Of a stretch of 64,000 bases of DNA, positions 51,201-59,094 are shown in pieces. The DNA comes from an uncultured Acidobacteriota bacterium (GTDB lineage Bacteria; Acidobacteriota; Terriglobia; Terriglobales; Acidobacteriaceae), in the NCBI GenBank assembly GCA_963849065.1, contig CAWKFM010000003.1, positions 44,292 through 108,291 on the forward strand. The letters run 5' to 3'. The first letter of the stretch is position 1, and each line of letters begins with the position of its first letter. A program made the position numbers and the translations under genes. The notes beneath the pieces were generated by a model. That model was given only the letters and a program-made list of their open reading frames with translations, was not told the DNA's origin and ran no database searches.

Positions 51201-51578
51201 AGAAGCGCAGAAGGCAGGGTCACAGAGGTAGCAGCGTTTCTGTTCGGTCGCAGCGGCCTTCAGCAGCAAAGGGAGAGCGTAAAGGTGCTTAGGTCAGTAC
51301 TCACCAGAGTTCGGCGAGACGTTCATCAGCCTCTAGCTAGTACGTCGAACTGGAACAAATGGAACATTTCCATAATCGTTGCAATGTGGATTTTCGCTTT
51401 TACGAAGTGGGCCGCGCACTTCCTGGTGAAGCCTAGCGAAATTGAACCGGAGCTAGAACGACTTTCAACTGACGCACGTCTCGTTGCCCTCGTCAGGCCG
51501 GTAATCGACTGGCAGTCAGACCGAGGTGTAGAGCCAGGCGCGCTTGCACAGTTTATAGAAGAAGTGGGGGCAATCTGA
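48294..51578 (+). CDS. large hypothetical protein (1094 aa) with a central MIT_C/PLD-fold-like module
   Basis: ATG follows GGAGAAG. The motif pair QVIIFDPFF ... GTLHDRYFLIVG resembles the xDPYx...HDRxI pair of the MITD1 C-terminal PLD-like domain (from memory). The large flanking N- and C-terminal regions are unassigned. Confidence 0.7.
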   Translation: MALSLDDLVKDGRLERLFSKHCRDCALQLWVLQIKSDNGIENRLLYGRLLPYNYSNNTWSAAEDDHFESVGEHKAQIIRLSLYIKSTGTEALLKHLSEGHAVSRISEDLKLTLSPKLAERIGTTTLSSHLVYRPVAYLLNRDSRDRTAPLSPHGGAGAFSASLTPTDKIALLRIGSDCDEALATFIVKQLDFDTGLDFGDRDLGRLGDLELLVFPTLDDSERELLSVGWKVKPRVLAVKLNPIQLPRYDRFHVRLSVFNDSQLVHSSIATVECVEGREFECEFEVPEQLRTVVDETEVEIHGSSSINDDRTCDLCCRWRVGYVREITVNGHVNGRGGGSVRLGWLEKVTKSAAASKRLQAAQTINQGGTGFSTHVGDRKADPWVPINRGVRSLFARVHPPQSDGRFFERLSEGSGLGRLEFVEWVKALLVRHQNHQVIIFDPFFEDAGIGLVVPNAGSHGDYIVFTSLPKPATQEASTRINNLLASCEQLKPLMRGIRLRVYGLKYGTLHDRYFLIVGQDGLPTAGFHLSNSIQKANENYPLLITPIPPDVLLKVNKYASKLLTQAFEAFSSTEADTSRVQLLFDSKAALATSPKRIEPLRFLDKGVAGDVLAGWTGEQSLRSLEGDALREKMRDLGLLNGESLVLKEAPGLKGCVDQQAGNFTNFGAKWDVLGEILANSHAGNTIHAVELSAETDFLTFLAEFLSGSFGRVHNDEVDAPIAHVASTYFKDAIETLLAASHQPEHFFHPVKYAVLSWSEFFAVQILWHHAPAALLSMTEAQAATVPEDSRQSDAVKLSLLSQIVSEIALGAQFGLAGLQRDRLICSPNGLLKWMGLNSLESQLQKPNGVREVVQYTASFSHRERIQVLGWMTQHSAGRQNGETIYRGLIDSLHEVLPRALTAEDADLLVDSMRGHMRALGWGEPWLYRDVISPLFVDGRVSADDLCRIWVKELLAYLEQALRDETGIFKRSAEGRVTEVAAFLFGRSGLQQQRESVKVLRSVLTRVRRDVHQPLASTSNWNKWNISIIVAMWIFAFTKWAAHFLVKPSEIEPELERLSTDARLVALVRPVIDWQSDRGVEPGALAQFIEEVGAI

Positions 51579-51599
51579 ATCGAACGCGTGTTGGGTTGG

Positions 51600-52826
51600 C
51601 TATGCGGCAGCCATGGGAATCACCTCACCGAACGGTGCCGGATGATCCTTGGTGGCCGCCCATAGGACTGGATGGTTCGGTGCGGCGTCTGGAAAGGAGC
51701 CCTCAAGGTCGGTGAAGACCACGAGCGCCTGCGGCTGGATCGAATGCTCCTCGATGTATTCAAAACAGGGGCAGAAGCTGGTCCCACCGCCGCCTACTGG
51801 TTCGAGCGTAATCGGCTCGCCCTGTTCGAAGACGGCGGCGTTATGGACCCTGGTGTCGAAGTAGAGGACATGCACCCGCTGGGGCCTCCGCTCCGAGATG
51901 ATGGAGTTCAGTTCATCCTGGAAAAGCCCGAGCTGGCGGCGGTTGATCGAGCCGGAGCAGTCCACGCCGACCACGATTTCACCCACGCCATCCTTGCGAA
52001 TGCTTGGCAGGTACAGGCCTGAGGCAATGTGGCGCCGGTTGGGAGACGACCAGGAGTAGTCCTCGGGGATTGCCGCGGCGAATGAATTCCGGAGTGCGGC
52101 CCGCCAGTCCACGGTTGCCCGATCCGCCGCCTCCACGGCACGGCGCATGCCGCCGGGAGCTTTGCCAGCCATGCGAGCGACCAATTCGGCCTGTTCAACA
52201 GCTCCGGTCCAGCTCATCTGCTGCTTCTCGATCTGGTCGCTGGTCGCCGACGCGCCTTCCTTGTCGGGGTTGGGCGCATCGATGACCTGGCCAAAACCGC
52301 CGTCCGTCACTGGAACCTTGTGCGCTGGAGCCCCTTCGTCTCCCTGGGCCGAAGGATCTCCGGACCCGGAATTCGTGGAGCCGTCGCCACTGCCGCCGGC
52401 AGCGTCGCCGTCTTTGTCCTCGGCGATCAAGTTGTAGATCCGCTCTGCGCTCAGGTTCCGAAATGCCGGATCATAGAGTGCACCGGCAGGGAGAGCGAGG
52501 TTTGCATCCCGAACGAGCGGGTTGATGGCGTAGTCGCAGGCGACGTTCCAGCGTTTTGCCGAACGCGTTCCCCGCCGGGTATGGTGTTGCAGTGCCGGAT
52601 GCATGACTTCGTGCGCCAAGCAGCCAAGCAGCTCCGGCGGCGTCAGTTTCGCCACGAATTCAGGGTTATAGAACAGGGAGACGCCATCGGTCGCCATGGT
52701 GTCGATCGATGGTGTCTCCACGTCCTTGAGCCGCAGAATCAGAACCCCAAAGAATGGGAAATCGAGCAGCAGTTTTGTCCGGCCTTGCTTGAGCCGCACG
52801 GCTGGGGAGAGTGTTCTTGCAGTCAT
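51600..52826 (-). CDS. VWA-domain protein with N-terminal putative metallopeptidase domain (DUF2201-like)
   Basis: HEVMHPALQHH (HExxH), VACDYAINP, and VWA MIDAS-like VGVDCSGSI. Alternative start at 52913. Confidence 0.75.
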   Translation of the reverse strand: MTARTLSPAVRLKQGRTKLLLDFPFFGVLILRLKDVETPSIDTMATDGVSLFYNPEFVAKLTPPELLGCLAHEVMHPALQHHTRRGTRSAKRWNVACDYAINPLVRDANLALPAGALYDPAFRNLSAERIYNLIAEDKDGDAAGGSGDGSTNSGSGDPSAQGDEGAPAHKVPVTDGGFGQVIDAPNPDKEGASATSDQIEKQQMSWTGAVEQAELVARMAGKAPGGMRRAVEAADRATVDWRAALRNSFAAAIPEDYSWSSPNRRHIASGLYLPSIRKDGVGEIVVGVDCSGSINRRQLGLFQDELNSIISERRPQRVHVLYFDTRVHNAAVFEQGEPITLEPVGGGGTSFCPCFEYIEEHSIQPQALVVFTDLEGSFPDAAPNHPVLWAATKDHPAPFGEVIPMAAA

Positions 52827-53099
52827 AAGTTGGCCCCGTGTGGTTGCTTCAGTTCTGGCAATGCGCTTGCCATTCTGATTCGTATTTGGTTGGTGATGTC
52901 TGGGATACAACAAAAGTGGACTTCCAAATCATTGGCGGGCTGTAGTCTATTCGTGCGAACAGTAAATCACGCGGTCCCAGCGAGTAGCTTCCTGTTTTTG
53001 CCCGTCTTAGCAGAACTGCTCACACTAATGTGATTTTGTGTAATTCCTTTTTGTCGTTGCAGAGTATTATTATTTTTTCCAAAAAAGTGATAGGGAGTC

Positions 53100-54923
53100 A
53101 TGATTGAACATCTTAGTGTGAGCCGTGCAGCCTATTTCTACAGGCGCAAGAAGCGTTTCTCAAATGTCGCGATCGACACGCTTTTTAAGACGCTGCGGTC
53201 GAATGCCAGTACGCCTTCAAGGAACTTATTCCGGGTCGATCGCGTTGCGTTCAGGAACTCGAGATATTCTGCAATATGCTTTTCGTTCGAGCGTTCTCCC
53301 GCATTCCTCGACAACGAAGCCGAAGTTATTGAGTGTATCTTCGGGTTTTTACTGATCGTGGAGAAAGGCGATTTCGTAGCCGTTCTTAAGTCAGGTCTCG
53401 ATCTCCCCTCGGCCTTCAAGTCTAATTATCTCGACAAGGTCGGCAGCGAGCGGGTCGAGCGCGCCATCGCCCGACATGATGCGGTCTTCGAGAAGCTGCG
53501 ACTTAAGAATATGTCTACTTCGAAGCTCGCGCTGCGCTCCAAGACGCTTGAGGCCACTGATCTGGTAAATGCGGTGGCGACGTCAAGCGCCAGCCGCTTC
53601 GCGCCGCAGGGCTACAGTGTGCGGCGGTCCGATGGTACCTATTCGGCGACGCCTAGTACGGGACGTATCTCTATCCGCGCTGACCGGGCAGGCTACGAGG
53701 AGATTGTACGTTGGGCCAGCGAGGTTATGGATTTGCTCGCAGCCGACAGTGGAGAGATCTCGGCCTTCATCCGAAACTTCGCTCGACCGATCGACCTGTC
53801 TGCGATCCCCAGTGGCGTGAGACCAACTTATGTTGCAATCGACGTGCCGAGTCTTGCCAGCGTTTTGTTGGAGGCGGGGGAACGTACCGTCCGGCTTGTT
53901 CGGCAAAATCAAAGCAGCTTCGTCGAAATGACCAAGGTCGAGATCGATCACATTCTCGAGGAACTCGACCGAAGCTTCCCCATACAGCCCGAGCAGATAC
54001 AGAACCATATTGTGCATCCGGACGACCAAGCTCGAATCGGCTTGGTTAAAGTGGGCAAGACGCGAATCTCCCTGCCAAGCTTCACGCTGCCCCTGTTAAC
54101 GAGTATTTTCGTTGAAAATGCCGCCCTTCCGGTTGGGGCCGACCCCGACCGCAGGCCACTCACCCGCTATCTCGATCGCGAAGACCTTTTCACCGTCCTC
54201 TTCAACGATTTCGCGCTCGCTTACATTGATGGCTCCTTGTACCGGGACGAGGCGCTCCTCGGCGGAGGCATGGACTTTCTTCGCCATCTACAAGCGGCGC
54301 TTCCGCTTGCCCAAACGACCAGCGAGAAAGGAGAATTCGCTGCTGGCCAAGAAGCATTTGACGATACGTCGGTATTTCGGGCCATCGTCGACGACATTGC
54401 ACGCGACGCTGATGTGCTGCTGTGCGATGACCTTGGCGACGAGTGGGCAGACTTTATCGGTATCAGCACCGTGACTCGTCCTGTGATGGTTAGTTTCTAC
54501 CACGCCAAGCATGGGGAGAGATCGCTCAGCGCCTCAGCCTTTCATGATTCAGTGGGACAGGCAATTAAGAATCTCGGGCGCATGACGCTGCCATCTGAGG
54601 CCATGCCAGCCAAATATGCGTCTTGGGAGACGCCCTATCGCGGCGCCGGGGCAGTAACCGCAATCCCAAGAATGATACGCGGCGGTGGACGGTTAGAGAT
54701 TGAACATAAGATTCAGGAGGTACGTAGCGCGCCAGACCTGCTAAAACGGGTCTTTATTGTCACTTCGTCGCTGAGCCGAGCGCAGGTCGAGTACGCCTTC
54801 ACAGCCGCTGCTGCGGGCGAGCCACTTTCGGCACACTTCGTCCAGCTTTATTGGTTGCTCATGTCCTACTTCTCTGCTTGCACTGAGATCGGTGCGATTG
54901 GCTATGTTGTGTGTCAGCCTTGA
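53100..54923 (+). CDS. hypothetical protein (607 aa) with a PD-(D/E)xK-like C-terminal signature
   Basis: ATG follows AGGGAG in an AT-rich divergent promoter region. VLLCDDLGDEWADFIGIS-x12-VSFYHAKHG fits D...(E/H)xK nuclease cores. The overall architecture recalls the 'sporadically distributed' TIGR04141/DUF6119 family (memory only). Confidence 0.65.
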   Translation: MIEHLSVSRAAYFYRRKKRFSNVAIDTLFKTLRSNASTPSRNLFRVDRVAFRNSRYSAICFSFERSPAFLDNEAEVIECIFGFLLIVEKGDFVAVLKSGLDLPSAFKSNYLDKVGSERVERAIARHDAVFEKLRLKNMSTSKLALRSKTLEATDLVNAVATSSASRFAPQGYSVRRSDGTYSATPSTGRISIRADRAGYEEIVRWASEVMDLLAADSGEISAFIRNFARPIDLSAIPSGVRPTYVAIDVPSLASVLLEAGERTVRLVRQNQSSFVEMTKVEIDHILEELDRSFPIQPEQIQNHIVHPDDQARIGLVKVGKTRISLPSFTLPLLTSIFVENAALPVGADPDRRPLTRYLDREDLFTVLFNDFALAYIDGSLYRDEALLGGGMDFLRHLQAALPLAQTTSEKGEFAAGQEAFDDTSVFRAIVDDIARDADVLLCDDLGDEWADFIGISTVTRPVMVSFYHAKHGERSLSASAFHDSVGQAIKNLGRMTLPSEAMPAKYASWETPYRGAGAVTAIPRMIRGGGRLEIEHKIQEVRSAPDLLKRVFIVTSSLSRAQVEYAFTAAAAGEPLSAHFVQLYWLLMSYFSACTEIGAIGYVVCQP

Positions 54924-55027
54924 AGACCAAGAGTCGAACTGTCCTGACGTAGCATTCCAAAAGTCACGGTTCTTTCGAGCACGTGACTAGCTGGGAGTGG
55001 ATCTAAACGCCGTTGGAACAGCGCATC

Positions 55028-55049
55028 GGACGAGGGTGTCGCCTCGTCC
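55028..55049 (+). terminator. hairpin downstream of the 607-aa gene
   Basis: GGACGAGG-gtgtcg-CCTCGTCC, with no T-tract. Confidence 0.3.
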
Positions 55050-55357
55050 ACGGGACGACGACTTTATACTTCTGAGATACTGCAATCGCGCGACTGGACG
55101 TGTCTATGCTGACCATACTTCACCCGTTTGAACCAAGACGACACTGCAAATATGCGAATAAACCTCGGCAGGAAGTCGGGCATGAATGATAGAGAATCTT
55201 GTCAATGGCTGGAAACGCCCCATTCGAGAACAATTTGCCATTGCCTGGCGGACAGATTCGCCGCACAATCGAAGTAAGATCCACAAATCTGGTCGGTAGG
55301 GAATAACAAGGACCACATGCGCTGGGCCGTAGGCGGCTGGAGAAACAACGATGCTCA

Positions 55358-56716
55358 ATGCGCACCCGTAGGAGCGAATGCGTGAGCCTTTACAACGACC
55401 AACAAGAGTTCCTGCGCAGCTTACGCGATCTGATCGAGAACCGTCATCGCAAGTTCGCGGGTGCGCAGTTTAGAGTTGCGTTCGTCCGCGATGAAAAAGG
55501 TGTAAACCAATTCCTCACCGGATGCGCACTGTTGCTTGAAAATCAAGCAATCTCCCGTCCTGCACAGGACTATAGGTACATTGTATTGGCGGAGGAGTGG
55601 GTAGAGGGTGACGAGGCAGTCCTGCACAGGATCGAACAGATTGTCAGCGGCACAGGAGCAATCGCTAATGCAGCGGTGGGCCGCACATTTACGCACGCCA
55701 CGCTGACGCGCAAGTTTGATGCGGCTATACGGGGATGGGGAGGTTGGGAATTCTCTAGTCGCGTGGACCACACAGCCCAGGAGCGGGAGACTTACCTGCG
55801 TCAAGAACCATTGCTTGCGTTTGGGCTGAGGCCCTATAACTCTGCTTTCGAGGCCATCCTAAGATGGGTTTTCGAGGAAAAGAACACCGATTTCTATCCG
55901 CCTGGAAACAGAGCTCCGAACCAAGGCGAGTTTCTTACACTGGTCGCCGACACGCGTGCTCGGATCGTGAGGGCTGAGTGGCTGCCAGGTCTCGTCAACG
56001 CCGAAGTTGAACTGGGAGTCGATCCAAGAGAGGTTGAGGCTCAGTTTCTATTTGCAGGGGCGGAAGACGATACCCGTACACTGAACACGGGTTCGCTCTC
56101 CTTAAAGTGTGAAGTCCCGGAAGGCACGCGCACCACGAGGCTCATGCTGGTCCATTCGACCAATGACTGTATCTCTAAGATCCTACTGAATGGAGAGTAC
56201 GACACATACGGACCTCAGCCGTTGGCTCTCAGTGCAATCAGAAAAGCAGAGCTCGACCTGAAAGAAGGTGAAAACGACCATGTGGAATATAAACCATGGG
56301 TTTCGCCAAAGTCTCCGGAGAAGGAAGCAGAGCTCGTCGAAACAATCATCGCATTTGCCAACACTGGTGGTGGACGGCTTTATGTTGGAGCCGCGGATAG
56401 CGGCAACCCACTCGGTGACACGGCTCTGTCGAAAGCGTTCAAGGTTGAATCCGATATGGCCGCGATCCAGCAGGCTGAGAGAATCAAGAGCCTCAAACGC
56501 GAGAAGATAAAGCCAGTGCCCCCGGTCCGAGTGGAACTGATCACGGTTTTTGGCGAGCGCCTAGTTCTAGTTGAAGTCGAGCGCGGGAGCAGGCGACCAT
56601 ATTCAACATTTGAAAACAAAGTATTCGTCCGCAAGGGCGGGAGTAACAGGCTCGCGGATCCACACTCGGAGCTTCCCGCCCTCAGCCCACAGTCTCTGCT
56701 GCCGGATGGCTCCTGA
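55358..56716 (+). CDS. hypothetical protein (452 aa) with a C-terminal AlbA_2 (Schlafen-like, 'divergent AAA') domain
   Basis: EGENDHVEYKPW...ETIIAFANTGGGRLYVGA...RPYS...VFVRKGGSN matches the AlbA_2 pattern. The ~300-aa N-terminal region is unassigned. Confidence 0.65.
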   Translation: MRTRRSECVSLYNDQQEFLRSLRDLIENRHRKFAGAQFRVAFVRDEKGVNQFLTGCALLLENQAISRPAQDYRYIVLAEEWVEGDEAVLHRIEQIVSGTGAIANAAVGRTFTHATLTRKFDAAIRGWGGWEFSSRVDHTAQERETYLRQEPLLAFGLRPYNSAFEAILRWVFEEKNTDFYPPGNRAPNQGEFLTLVADTRARIVRAEWLPGLVNAEVELGVDPREVEAQFLFAGAEDDTRTLNTGSLSLKCEVPEGTRTTRLMLVHSTNDCISKILLNGEYDTYGPQPLALSAIRKAELDLKEGENDHVEYKPWVSPKSPEKEAELVETIIAFANTGGGRLYVGAADSGNPLGDTALSKAFKVESDMAAIQQAERIKSLKREKIKPVPPVRVELITVFGERLVLVEVERGSRRPYSTFENKVFVRKGGSNRLADPHSELPALSPQSLLPDGS

Positions 56717-56880
56717 TTTGGAGGATGTGTGAAGGAATATAGCGTCGATTTCACCAGCTCTCCCTCTGGTCGGAAGCCGATCACTGTGGCAATAGGATTG
56801 GTTTCCAATGCACTGTTGAAACTCGATACAGTGGTTGTTGGATTGTATTCGGTCGATTGAAGCACTCGGTACGGATCTGC

Positions 56881-56942
56881 AACCATAAAATGGCCGCTAA
56901 TGATTACAGCCATAAATTGGCCGTTCTGGCCAACTTATGGTT
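56881..56942. repeat. three copies of a ~14-nt motif (two direct, one inverted) between convergent genes
   Basis: AACCATAAAATGGCC (56881-95), GCCATAAATTGGCC (56909-22), and GGCCAACTTATGGTT (56928-42), which is the reverse complement of AACCATAAGTTGGCC. Confidence 0.6.
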
Positions 56943-56964
56943 GTAGTGTCAGGGGAAAGATTTG

Positions 56965-57996
56965 TCATGCGATTAGCTCCATGTAATCCGACATTCTCAC
57001 CAGAATTTGATCCACTCCGGGTGCTGGCGCGGGTTGGGGTGCCGGATCGGTTGGCTTCGGATCGGGCATGTGGACCGCCATGGCCGGAACCTCCGCTGTT
57101 CCGGAGACATGGCCGATGGCCGCAGATTCATCCAAGGCGTCATAGCCGCGATGCTTCATCGCGTGCTTGATCTTGGCTGCGAGTTCGTTCGCGATTCCCG
57201 CCGCCCGAGTGCGCGCCGCGGGATGCTGGGCGAGGTCCTGGCGGGTAAACCTGGAGAGCCGGGAGTTTGTCTCCTGCGCGAGCGCCGTTAGTTCTTCGTC
57301 GTTGGTTACGTTCAACCGTGGAACGAGATCGGCGATCTCGGTTACGTTGCGGAGAGTGGACGTATGCAAACGGGCTTTCGGCCGCTCCAATTGCGCGGCG
57401 AGGTGGGCGACCGCCTGTATGAGGCGCGACCACAACTCGGACGTGGCGCGCGTGAGGGACTGCTTCACCTGCTGATCGATCTCGCGGGCGACGCGAGCCT
57501 TCTCCTCCGCGCCAAGCGTGACGCGGAAATCCTCGCCACAGGGAATGGGGAGAATGTCGGTCGTCAGGTCGAACTTCTCAGTGAGCTGCGACCAGTCCGG
57601 GTAGTCGCTATCGCGGTACAGAAGGCCAAGGCTGTTGCGGGCCTGTTCGCGATAGGTTGGATAGGCGTCGAGAAACTCTCGCACCAACTGTTCGAATGCC
57701 GTCTTGAACTCGCTCATCTGGCTGGTGAACTCGAAATAGAGGTGGGACGGGAGCAAGCGGTAGCCCTCGTCCGACCAGGGCAGAGTCACTTTGTAGAAGT
57801 ACTGGCGGATCTGGCCTGCGAGGTTGCGCAGTTCCTCCAGCTTCTCGGCCTGGTCGAGCAGATGCTTGTTGTAGCGGCCGGCGTTCGAGTTTGCTTCGTG
57901 GGACTGCGCTACCTCCTCAGACACCCGCCTGTCGAACTTGCGTGCGCTCCACATCGTGATATGAAGACAGATCAGCATTGCTTTGTCGGAAATCAT
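56965..57996 (-). CDS. DUF3150-like protein
   Basis: N-terminus MISDKAMLICLHITMWSARKFDRR resembles the DUF3150 'WSGRK' start. It lies directly downstream of the AAA gene. ATG 57996 lies within ORF 56965..58230. Confidence 0.55.
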   Translation of the reverse strand: MISDKAMLICLHITMWSARKFDRRVSEEVAQSHEANSNAGRYNKHLLDQAEKLEELRNLAGQIRQYFYKVTLPWSDEGYRLLPSHLYFEFTSQMSEFKTAFEQLVREFLDAYPTYREQARNSLGLLYRDSDYPDWSQLTEKFDLTTDILPIPCGEDFRVTLGAEEKARVAREIDQQVKQSLTRATSELWSRLIQAVAHLAAQLERPKARLHTSTLRNVTEIADLVPRLNVTNDEELTALAQETNSRLSRFTRQDLAQHPAARTRAAGIANELAAKIKHAMKHRGYDALDESAAIGHVSGTAEVPAMAVHMPDPKPTDPAPQPAPAPGVDQILVRMSDYMELIA

Positions 57997-58039
57997 TTCG
58001 TTTTCAAGCCTCCAGACGTAGCCCTGGATCGGTCCAGAG

Positions 58040-59050
58040 CTACGCGAGTAAATCGCTGTGAGTGATGGCGAATTGGGTGAATTCGGGGGTGGTCGCAATG
58101 GCCGGGTCACGGAGCAGAGCATCGCGCATGGACAGGACCTGCAGCTCATCCGGAAGACGCTCGAGGTAGAGCTTCGCCTTCGCAATCGAGCTATCAGTGA
58201 TGCGGCGGCCGAGTGCGGTGGCAATTGCAATCTGGGCCGACGGATCGCTGGGCAAGGGCGCGCCGGTTGGGTTCAGGAGAATCTCGTCAATCGAAGGCAG
58301 GGCGTGAAAAAGGTTAAGGAAGCCGATGAACTCCGCGGCTACGCCGTCACCCACTGCGCCTTGAATAAGGTGCATGAGCAGCATCTCGTAGACGTCCGCG
58401 GTGACGTTGGCCTTCCGGGCGTCAATTCCGTCCATCGCCCTGGATACCATTTCCCAGGAGCGCGGCGTCGGCCAGGCGTTGACACCCGACCGCACGGCCG
58501 AGTCGTGCAACAACTCCGTCCGGAAGCGAAGAAATGCGATGATTTCCGGCCTGATCCCTGCCTTGCCGGCCCAGATGCACCACTCGCCGAGATCCGGTTC
58601 CAGCGTGAGATGCAGGAAGCGGTTGAGCAAAGGGCGCGGCATGGAATAGCTGACGCCACGCTCGGAAGCGGGATTGCCCGCGGCAAGCACCGACCATCCA
58701 TCGGGGAGCCGATAGTCGCCAAGCGCACGATCGAGAACGAGCTGATAGCAGGCGGCCTGCGTCATCGGTGGCGCGGAGGTCAATTCATCGAGAAAGAGTA
58801 TGCCCTCGCCGCCTGTGGGGAGGAAATTCGGCGTGATCCATTCCGTGCGGTCGTCCTTGATGCGCGGCAGACCACGGAAGTCGACGGGATCGAGCTGGAC
58901 GGCGCGTACATCAATAAAGTCGCGCTTCAACTGCTGCGCGACCTGCTTAACGAGTTGGGATTTGCCGACGCCACAGGCGCCCCAGATATGGAGCGCAACG
59001 TTTTGAGGGACTGCGGTGATAAGCGCTTCAACAAGGTGCGAAGGTTTCAT
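58040..59050 (-). CDS. MoxR/CbbQ-like AAA+ ATPase (AAA_5)
   Basis: Walker A GACGVGKS, Walker B ILFLDELT, and AAGNP followed by the sensor region. Confidence 0.85.
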   Translation of the reverse strand: MKPSHLVEALITAVPQNVALHIWGACGVGKSQLVKQVAQQLKRDFIDVRAVQLDPVDFRGLPRIKDDRTEWITPNFLPTGGEGILFLDELTSAPPMTQAACYQLVLDRALGDYRLPDGWSVLAAGNPASERGVSYSMPRPLLNRFLHLTLEPDLGEWCIWAGKAGIRPEIIAFLRFRTELLHDSAVRSGVNAWPTPRSWEMVSRAMDGIDARKANVTADVYEMLLMHLIQGAVGDGVAAEFIGFLNLFHALPSIDEILLNPTGAPLPSDPSAQIAIATALGRRITDSSIAKAKLYLERLPDELQVLSMRDALLRDPAIATTPEFTQFAITHSDLLA

Positions 59051-59065
59051 GAGTATTGTCCTTTG

Positions 59066-59094
59066 AACAGAAAAACGGCCTACTGAAGGCCGTT
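59066..59094 (-). terminator. intrinsic terminator (minus strand) immediately upstream of the AAA ATPase gene
   Basis: On the minus strand: AACGGCCT-tcagt-AGGCCGTT followed by TTTCTGTTC. The T-tract ends about 20 nt before ATG 59050. Confidence 0.5.

Noticed and set aside
57364-59086. 233-aa and 342-aa plus-strand ORFs opposite the DUF3150-like and AAA genes
   Set aside because: Antisense shadow ORFs. The minus-strand frames carry Walker A/B motifs and a coherent operon structure.
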